This document shows positions 57,452-64,000 of a stretch of DNA of 64,000 nt, in pieces. The stretch comes from Terriglobia bacterium (GTDB lineage Bacteria > Acidobacteriota > Terriglobia > JAJPHL01 > JAPKYU01), in assembly GCA_965218055.1 (NCBI GenBank), contig CBDCKA010000002.1, positions 1,136,514 to 1,200,513 of the forward strand, given 5' to 3'. How positions within the stretch are numbered: position 1 is the stretch's first letter; each line of letters starts with the position of its first letter. Made by a program: the position numbers and the translations under genes. The notes under the pieces were generated by a model. The model was not told the origin of the DNA and searched no databases. It was given only the letters and a program-made list of their open reading frames with translations.

Positions 57452-58465
57452 GAGCTTGTCCACTTAGAAAAGTGAACTCTTCTCCGAGAAGTCAAGCCAC
57501 CAGATCCCTGTAGGGCACTGCGGTCCCGCGCAACAGGTTCTTCAGGGTGTCCCCCCATATATTCGGGTTCTTCCGCCCGTTGAATCGGTAGGTGAACTCG
57601 TTCACGTAGCGGTGCAGGTGCTTCGTGCTCATCTTGTGGAAGCTGCCGATCAGCCCGCGCTTGAACAGGCTCCAGAAATTCTCGATGGTGTTGGTGTGGA
57701 TGTTCCCGCGCACGTACTCCCGCATGTGGTTGATGAACTGGTGGCGGTAGTCTTTCCCCAAAGACTTGTAGGCTTGGTACTGGTCTGTGACCACCATTTC
57801 CGCCTTGGTGGAAACCCTGTCCCTCACAACTCCGGTTAGGACCGCCTTGCTGGGAGTGGGGATGGGCCGCGCCTCAACCTTGCCCCCGCGTTCGATCATT
57901 CCGACGACCGGCTGTTTTTCATACGGGTTGCGCTTCCGGCGACGGTCATACTTGCCGCCCACGTAGGTTTCGTCCACCTCCACGATTCCTTCCAGCTTAG
58001 GGCCGCCAGCGCTCTGCATGGCAGCCCTGATGCGGTGGCACAGGTGCCAGGCGGTCTTGTAGGAAACCCCCAGGTCCCGCTGCATCTGCTTTGCCGATAG
58101 CCCCTTCTTGGCGTTGCATACCAGGGTAATAGCCAGGAACCACTTATTCAGCGGAAGGTGGGTATCGTGGAAGATGGTTCCAGTTGTGGCCGTGAACTGA
58201 TAGCGGCAGGTCTTCTCAAGGCACTGGAGCAGGTGGCGCACCTTGCCGGTCTTGCCCTTGCCCTTGAACCTGGAGATCCGACTTTCCCCACAGATGGGGC
58301 AGCGCACAACACCATCCGGCCAGCGCATCTGTTCCACTTTGGCCAGGCAGGCATCCTCGGAAGCGTAGCGTTTTTGAATGTCGATGATGTTCATTAGCCA
58401 GAGTGTACGCCTGATTCCCGTCTTTGTCAAGCACATAATCACCAAACTTTTCTCTTGACAAGCTT
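57452..58465 (-). mobile_element. IS1595-family insertion sequence (about 1.0 kb)
   Basis: Imperfect terminal inverted repeats AGCTTGTCcActtaGAAAAGT (57453-) and AGCTTGTCaAgagaGAAAAGT (reverse complement, ending 58464) bracket a single transposase gene. Confidence 0.7.
57492..58394 (-). CDS. IS1595-family (ISXO2-like) transposase
   Basis: N-terminal zinc finger (CPICG…C…C) and the ISXO2-like DDE domain (…VEVDETYVGGK…NTIENFWSLFKRG…). Confidence 0.85.
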   Translation of the reverse strand: MNIIDIQKRYASEDACLAKVEQMRWPDGVVRCPICGESRISRFKGKGKTGKVRHLLQCLEKTCRYQFTATTGTIFHDTHLPLNKWFLAITLVCNAKKGLSAKQMQRDLGVSYKTAWHLCHRIRAAMQSAGGPKLEGIVEVDETYVGGKYDRRRKRNPYEKQPVVGMIERGGKVEARPIPTPSKAVLTGVVRDRVSTKAEMVVTDQYQAYKSLGKDYRHQFINHMREYVRGNIHTNTIENFWSLFKRGLIGSFHKMSTKHLHRYVNEFTYRFNGRKNPNIWGDTLKNLLRGTAVPYRDLVA

Positions 58466-58803
58466 CGCGTGTTTGTGTTCGAGGGACAATCTCTTCATTT
58501 CGCACCCCTCCAGTGATCGCTATGGGTACATGCTCAAGAAGGCTTGGGAGTGGATCAATAGACACAGTTGAGGGTTTCTAGGGTCGAAACGTGGTCTGTC
58601 GTCCAGTTAGCAACACACTGTTAGCCCAGTACCGAAATTGGGACACGACCGGCCTGACCTTGCCCTTAATGTGGGCCCTAATCGGGGCATCTGCGTTCCA
58701 CCACAAGGCTGCCACGGCAGCGAGTCTGGCACACGTCGCCAGTGGCTGGCAAAAAGCGGCCAGATAGGCCAGATGGGCAAGCCCGGCAATGGCCCAGGCG
58801 GAA

Positions 58804-59574
58804 TCACTCGCGCAGGATGCCGCGCCGGGAAGCGCGGACGAAAGCGACTAAGTGGCGGGCCTCCTCGCCCGGAACTTCCTCCTCGATTCGCTGCAGCGCA
58901 TCGGCCAACGGCAACTGGGAGCGGTAGAGCAGCCGGTAGGCGTCTCTCAGCCGACCGATGGCGTCCCGGGACAAGCCGTTGCGCCGAAGTCCCACCAGGT
59001 TCAGCCCGCGGGCCACGATGTGAAACTCCGCGGCCAGAATAAAGGGCGGCACGTCCAGGGTGACCCGCGCGTTGCCGCTGATCATGGACATCCGCCCGAT
59101 GTGGGAGTACTGGTGCACCGTGACCGCGCCCGAAATGAAGCAGTGGTCTTCAATTTCCGTGTAGCCGGCAATGAGCACACAGGAGCAGATGACGTTGTGG
59201 TCGCCCACCGTGCAGTTGTGGGCGATGTGCACGTTGGTCATCACGTAGTTGTCGCTGCCAATGCAAGTGGTGGAGCCCGCCTCGGTGCCGCGCGAGATCG
59301 TTAGGTACTCGCGCAGGACGTTGCGGTCGCCGACGCGCAGGTAGCTGGCCTGGCTGGAGTCGAATTTCTTGTCCAGCGGGTCGGTGCCCAGCTGCGCCCC
59401 TGAGTAGAGGTGGTTGTCCTGGCCCAGAGTGGTATACCGTTTGACGATGGCGAATGGGTCCAGGCGCGAACCGCGTCCGATTTCCACCTCGTCCTCGACG
59501 ATGCAGTAGTCGCCGATACTGGCTTCGGGATGCACCCGCGCCCCCGGGTGCACAATGGCAGTGGCGGCAATCAT
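58804..59574 (-). CDS. lpxA: acyl-ACP--UDP-N-acetylglucosamine O-acyltransferase
   Basis: MIAATAIVHPGARV… hexapeptide repeats and a C-terminal LNLVGLRRNG…; 257 aa. The ORF is extended artefactually upstream to 60654. Confidence 0.85.
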   Translation of the reverse strand: MIAATAIVHPGARVHPEASIGDYCIVEDEVEIGRGSRLDPFAIVKRYTTLGQDNHLYSGAQLGTDPLDKKFDSSQASYLRVGDRNVLREYLTISRGTEAGSTTCIGSDNYVMTNVHIAHNCTVGDHNVICSCVLIAGYTEIEDHCFISGAVTVHQYSHIGRMSMISGNARVTLDVPPFILAAEFHIVARGLNLVGLRRNGLSRDAIGRLRDAYRLLYRSQLPLADALQRIEEEVPGEEARHLVAFVRASRRGILRE

Positions 59575-59640
59575 CAGCAGTAGTAATCTTACCGGAGCGG
59601 CGTAGGAACGCCAAACTGGTAGTTTGCAGGGGGGAGAAGG

Positions 59641-60645
59641 ATGGGTGTGCAACCACAACGGCATGATGGAGAAACTGTGGAAGCGCTGGCCGCGGTGGCC
59701 GGCGGCACGGCGGAGGGGGATACCTGGCGGTTGATCCGAGGAGTGGCCCCCCTGGAGAGCGCCACCGAACGGGACGTGGTCTTCGCCGACTCGGAGCGGG
59801 CGCTCGAGCGAACGCTCCAGAGCCAGGCAGGGTGCATCGTTGTGGAAGAAGGCGTCGAGGCGGGCGGCCGCACGGTCATTCGTGCGCGTAATCCCAAGCT
59901 GGCGTTTGCCCGCATCGTGACGCGCTTCCACCCCCAGCCTCGTCCAGCCCTGGGCATCCACCCGACGGCGGTGGTGGACCCCGGCGCCCGTCTGGGCGAG
60001 GGGGTGCACGTCGGCGCCCACGCGGTCGTCGGCGCCTGGGTGGAGGTCGGCCCGGAGACGGTCATCGGCGCCGCCTGTGTTTTGGGTGAGGGTGTGCGCC
60101 TGGGCCCAGGCTGTTTTCTCCATCCGCGCGTCACCATCTACCCGGGCACAACCATTGGGGCTCGCGTCATCCTGCACAGTGGGGTGGTGCTGGGCAGCGA
60201 TGGCTTCGGGTATGTCTTCGACGGCCAGGGCTACCACAAGTTTCCGCAGGTGGGCACGCTGGAGGTGGGCGATGACGTGGAAGTGGGGGCCAACACAACG
60301 ATTGACCGGGGCGCGCTGGGGGCGACCCTCATCGGAAGCGGCACCAAAATTGACAACCTTGTGCAGGTCGCCCACAACGTCACCATCGGCGAGCACTGCG
60401 CGATTGCCTCGCAGAGTGGCATTTCCGGCAGCGTGGTGATCGAACCCTATGTGGTGATTGGCGGCCAGGTGGGCATCGGCGACCACGTGCGCATCGAGCG
60501 CGGAGCTGTGCTGGGGGGAGGGTGCGGCGTGCTCCCGCACAAGACCATCCGCCGCGGCCAAACGGTCTGGGGAACCCCGGCGCGGCCCATCAAGGAACAC
60601 CTGGAGCAGCTTGCCACTCTTGCCCGCCTGACCAAGCGCGGCTAG
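59641..60645 (+). CDS. lpxD: UDP-3-O-(3-hydroxyacyl)glucosamine N-acyltransferase
   Basis: LpxD N-terminal domain plus left-handed beta-helix hexapeptide repeats. Confidence 0.85.
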   Translation: MGVQPQRHDGETVEALAAVAGGTAEGDTWRLIRGVAPLESATERDVVFADSERALERTLQSQAGCIVVEEGVEAGGRTVIRARNPKLAFARIVTRFHPQPRPALGIHPTAVVDPGARLGEGVHVGAHAVVGAWVEVGPETVIGAACVLGEGVRLGPGCFLHPRVTIYPGTTIGARVILHSGVVLGSDGFGYVFDGQGYHKFPQVGTLEVGDDVEVGANTTIDRGALGATLIGSGTKIDNLVQVAHNVTIGEHCAIASQSGISGSVVIEPYVVIGGQVGIGDHVRIERGAVLGGGCGVLPHKTIRRGQTVWGTPARPIKEHLEQLATLARLTKRG

Positions 60646-60688
60646 TCGTTGCAAGTTGGGGCACGCGAAACGGTGGAGGACACGCGCT

Positions 60689-62401
60689 TCACTTGGCCAA
60701 CTCCAATTGCAACTTTCCCTGGATGTGTGCCCGACGAGCTTCCCAGAGAATGACGCCGGTCATGATCAGCAGCAGCAGTGCGCCAATCGCGTTGGCGGCT
60801 GTGACGCCGGCAGCCAGCAACCCCTGGTCCAGCACGGTGCCGCTGAAATTGGCAAACTGGGCGACCAGCGCCCACAGCGAAATCGTCAGCATGAAGAGCA
60901 TAGGCAGGAGGGTGAACCAGTAAGGGCGTCCGGTGCGCATCAACCAGCGGGTCACGGCCAGCAAAGTGAGGGCAGCCAGCAACTGGTTGGAGGTGCCAAA
61001 CAGCGTCCAGAATTTCAGGTAGGCGCCCTTCTCCGCCGTGGCGATGAAAATGTAAGCAGGTAGGAGCGTGATGGCGGTGGCTGCTATCATGCCCCGCTTC
61101 CCTTTCCAGTCGAACAGCTCCAGCACAATGTGGCGGCCCAGACGAGTGGCTACGTCCAGCGTATCAAAGACAAAAGTAGAGAAGGCCATGGTCCCGAAGG
61201 TCACCGCAAACAAACGATGTTTCTCGCCGATGAGGACCGTCAGGAAGGAGCCCAGGCCGTTTCCATAAATGGTCCCCGGCGCCAGGCCGACGGTGTCCTT
61301 CGGCAGCACGATCATGATGGTGGCCAGGGCAATCAGGGCCACAAATCCTTCCAGCAGCATCGCCCCGTAGCCGATGGGCCGACTGTCGGGCTCACAGGCG
61401 ATCTGTTTGGAAGTCGTGCCGGAACAAACCAGGCCGTGGAAGCCGGAACAGGCGCCGCAAGCAATGGTGACAAACAGGAAGGGGAACAGCGGGATCGCCG
61501 AGCCGTCTTTGGCTGTGGCGCTCCAGGTTTTGAATGAGTCCTGGACAACCTCAAAGTTGCCGAAGAACACCCCAAACACTCCCACGGCTAGCGCAGTGTA
61601 AAGGACGAAGCCACCCAGGTACCCCCGGGGTTGCAGCAGCGCCCACACCGGCACCAGCGAGGCCACAAAGCAATAGGCCAGAATCAGCAGGCCCCACATC
61701 TTGACTGGGTTTTGGGAGGCAAAGACGAACAGAGTGGAAATCTTGGTGCTCAGCCACACCAGGACGAATGTGGCCGGGACAAAGGTTACCGTCAGCAGCC
61801 ACAGCGGCGGGTTCCAAAACCTCCGGACCAAGCCCATCACCACGGCCAGCAGCAGATACAGCGTGCTGGCCAGCGCCACGGCTCCGCCAGCATTGAAGGT
61901 GACGTTTTGTAGTGGAAACTCCTGGGTGCGGCCCACAAAGGTGCTGGCGGTGATGTCGGCAAAGGCCACGATGACGTAGATCAGAGCGATCCAGATGAAG
62001 CTCAGCATGGCCCACCAGGCGCGGCGGCTTACGTTCTCTCGCATGATCTCGGCGATCGAGCGCGCCCCGTGACGCAACGAGGCGATGAGGCTGGAGAAAT
62101 CGTGCACCGCGCCAATGAAGATCACCCCCAGGACAATCCACAAAATCGAGGGCAGCCAGCCAAAATAAATGCAGGCAATGATGGGGCCGGCGATGGGCCC
62201 GGCAGCGGCAATGGCAGAGAAATGCTGCCCCAGCAGATAGAAGCGGGGGGTGGGTACGAAATCCACGCCGTCGTTGACGGTGGAGGCGGGAGTGGGCCGG
62301 TTCGGGTCCAGGACCACCAGCCGGGCCACGAATCTTCCGTAGAGGCTGTAGCCGGCGATGAGCAGCAACATCACAATCACCGCGAGCAGCGGCAAGCTCA
62401 T
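60689..62401 (-). CDS. cstA: carbon starvation protein A (CstA family transporter)
   Basis: CstA-family membrane protein; start assigned to MSLPLLAVIV at 62401. Confidence 0.85.
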   Translation of the reverse strand: MSLPLLAVIVMLLLIAGYSLYGRFVARLVVLDPNRPTPASTVNDGVDFVPTPRFYLLGQHFSAIAAAGPIAGPIIACIYFGWLPSILWIVLGVIFIGAVHDFSSLIASLRHGARSIAEIMRENVSRRAWWAMLSFIWIALIYVIVAFADITASTFVGRTQEFPLQNVTFNAGGAVALASTLYLLLAVVMGLVRRFWNPPLWLLTVTFVPATFVLVWLSTKISTLFVFASQNPVKMWGLLILAYCFVASLVPVWALLQPRGYLGGFVLYTALAVGVFGVFFGNFEVVQDSFKTWSATAKDGSAIPLFPFLFVTIACGACSGFHGLVCSGTTSKQIACEPDSRPIGYGAMLLEGFVALIALATIMIVLPKDTVGLAPGTIYGNGLGSFLTVLIGEKHRLFAVTFGTMAFSTFVFDTLDVATRLGRHIVLELFDWKGKRGMIAATAITLLPAYIFIATAEKGAYLKFWTLFGTSNQLLAALTLLAVTRWLMRTGRPYWFTLLPMLFMLTISLWALVAQFANFSGTVLDQGLLAAGVTAANAIGALLLLIMTGVILWEARRAHIQGKLQLELAK

Positions 62402-62530
62402 TCCTGCCCCTTTCCCTAGCTGGCCAAGATTTTCAGACGCCCCTGGCTTCCATCCTATACCGCGAAGTCTCAGCCTTGTCCAAAAGAAAAGCAGGCAAGA
62501 CCGGCGCTCTGTCGGCATTCAAACTGGGTG

Positions 62531-62600
62531 GTGGGTCAGTTTCTGGGAAGCGACTATTCGCCCAACTGAAACCGGGATTGATAAACGCTAGTCCCTTTGT
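62531..62600 (+). repeat. dispersed short repeat, type-1 long copy D
   Basis: GGTGGTGGGTCAGTTTCTGGGAAGCGACTATTCGCCCAACTGAAACCGGGATTGATAAACGCTAGTCCCTT aligns with copy C. Confidence 0.7.
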
Positions 62601-62922
62601 AGGCTAACCTGCCTCCATGTTAGCGCTCTCTCAGGCCGCACTAATTCTCCGAATTCAAATGCTCCCCATTGTGTGCTGCCTGCTTCTGAATATGGGGGAT
62701 CACAGCCTGTCGCCTACCGATAAGGAGGATGTGGCGGCATTGCCCTCTCCGGCAAAGAGAATGAACGCGCCCACCGCCTATACTACAGCGAAAAGTCGGC
62801 GGCTCAAGTTGAGAGTATTGACGTGGAATAGATACAGGAGCGGAGAACGGCGCATCCACGATGAATAGAATGGGTAAGATGTCTGGGCGAAACATACATT
62901 ATTCGGAGAGGACGACCTGTTC

Positions 62923-63399
62923 ATGCCTCTAACTTTTCGTTTTGCCACACCCGTTGATTATGCGCGCGTTGAACAGCTGGCCATCAGCAGCTTCGGGCCC
63001 TTTACTTGGTTCCGCCGGGTTGATGAGAAGTTTGGCTCCTTGAACGGTAAGGACTGGAAGGACCGCTGGAGGCTACGGATGCAGAAGATCTTCGAGACCC
63101 AAATCGTCCTGCTGGCCGAAGCCAACGGGGGGATCGTGGGATTCTCCAGTGGGACCATCGACCTCGAACTTCGGCTGGGCTATGTGGACCTTTTGGCCAT
63201 CGATCCCAAGGCCCAGGGCAAAGGCTATGGGCGACGGCTATTGCACGCTATGCTCCGTACTTTCTTGGATCGTGGCGCTGAGCACGCCTACCTAGACTGC
63301 TTGGTTGAGAACAGTGTCGGTAACACCCTCTATCGCGCCGAAGGATTTGAGGAGGTAGCCCGTTCTATTCGATGGTTCATCAAGATTCGCCCCGAGTAA
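62923..63399 (+). CDS. GNAT-family N-acetyltransferase
   Basis: Acetyl-CoA-binding block …AQGKGYGRRLLHAM…. Confidence 0.8.
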   Translation: MPLTFRFATPVDYARVEQLAISSFGPFTWFRRVDEKFGSLNGKDWKDRWRLRMQKIFETQIVLLAEANGGIVGFSSGTIDLELRLGYVDLLAIDPKAQGKGYGRRLLHAMLRTFLDRGAEHAYLDCLVENSVGNTLYRAEGFEEVARSIRWFIKIRPE

Positions 63400-63503
63400 A
63401 GAGTCGCCTCCTCAGAGGTGGCACCTTCTCGGCCTGCCCGCAGCGAAATCTACCACTGACACTCGGTTAGCGTTCACCTATGCTGTCACTCAGCCTACTT
63501 GGA

Positions 63504-63539
63504 CGCATAACGCCCTTTCCGGAAACTGACCCACTACCT
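63504..63539 (-). repeat. dispersed short repeat, type-1 copy E
   Basis: Identical over 35 nt to copy B (4575-4609). Confidence 0.7.
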
Positions 63540-63624
63540 CAAACTGTCGTGCCTTTACGGATCCCCTCCTTTTGGTTATGCTGTTTTGCCGTTTCGGGGG
63601 CATCATCCGTTCGGGGGTATCACG

Positions 63625-64000
63625 ATGAAAGCACAGTTGATGTTTGCTTCCCTGCTCACCCTGGGTCTGCTGACTGGCTTCGTCGCCACCATCGTGCTGC
63701 TGGCCATGTACTGGGGCGGCATGATCAATGCGGTGGGCCTGATCGCACTGACGGTACTGTTCAACGTCGCGGCGTGGCTGCTTTCGCCCTGGATCCAGGA
63801 CCTGATCCTGCGATGGTTTTACGCCGCCGAGGTGGTGGAATGGTGGGACTTCCAACAGCACTGGCCCCGCCTGGCGAAGGACATCGAGGCGTCCTGCGCC
63901 AAGCATCGAGTCCCCGTCCCCAAGATGCGCATCATTGACGACGGGAACCCCACCGCCTACTGCTTCGGATCCGGCGCTTGGAATTCACGCCTGGTGGCCA
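63625..64000 (+). CDS. M48-family (HtpX-like) membrane metallopeptidase, partial (runs off window)
   Basis: Two N-terminal TM helices and …PKMRIIDDGNPTAYCFG… matching the M48 block …IIDS..PNAFATG. The HExxH motif would lie beyond the window. Confidence 0.55.
   Translation, partial: MKAQLMFASLLTLGLLTGFVATIVLLAMYWGGMINAVGLIALTVLFNVAAWLLSPWIQDLILRWFYAAEVVEWWDFQQHWPRLAKDIEASCAKHRVPVPKMRIIDDGNPTAYCFGSGAWNSRLVA

Noticed and set aside
59575-60654. 5' extension of the lpxA ORF to a 616-aa reading frame
   Set aside because: LpxA homology starts at MIAATAIVHPG (59574). The upstream extension is antisense to lpxD and low-complexity.
1-64000. CRISPR arrays, rRNA genes, additional tRNAs
   Set aside because: No regularly spaced direct repeats or rRNA-like segments were seen. 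Only the single tRNA-Ser at 7311-7400 folds convincingly.

Overview
This is a high-GC, Acidobacteria-like chromosomal window with two distinct parts. Positions 1-7300 and 28.6-64 kb are mostly housekeeping genes: a Rieske / split cytochrome b bc-complex operon, an ABC-2 exporter, peroxiredoxin, purE-purD, lpxA/lpxD, cstA, a threonine-synthase-like enzyme, an AlaX-L editing protein, MFS transporters, GH16, PagL-like, SDR and GMC oxidoreductases. Between tRNA-Ser(UGA) at 7311-7400 and about 28.6 kb lies a decayed accessory region. It starts with a small serine recombinase directly after the tRNA. It carries four copies of one IS3-family element: a full copy abutting a truncated inverted copy, a third full copy 12 kb away, and a fourth full copy at 54.3 kb with a clean 4-bp target duplication. 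It also holds a 5'-truncated MobA/MobL relaxase, a tyrosine integrase, a possible RepA-like fragment, a HigB(Gp49-like)/HigA toxin-antitoxin pair, and an unknown membrane-protein + MBL-fold operon cut by an IS. Apparent frameshifts interrupt an M48 peptidase (in a TonB/M48 operon) and a TonB-dependent receptor. Further right, an IS1380-family element with a frameshifted transposase disrupts a LOG-family gene and an odd M23-like/cytochrome c fusion. An IS1595-family element sits next to the most interesting candidate module: a cassette with its own promoter and Shine-Dalgarno site encoding an 84-aa protein translationally coupled (TAATG) to a retropepsin-like aspartic protease (DTGA motif). A family of short dispersed repeats (core GTGGGTCAGTTTCCGG / TCCGG-AGCCGACTATACGGCC) occurs at seven or more intergenic sites, twice as inverted pairs bracketing genes. 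No CRISPR array or rRNA gene is present.
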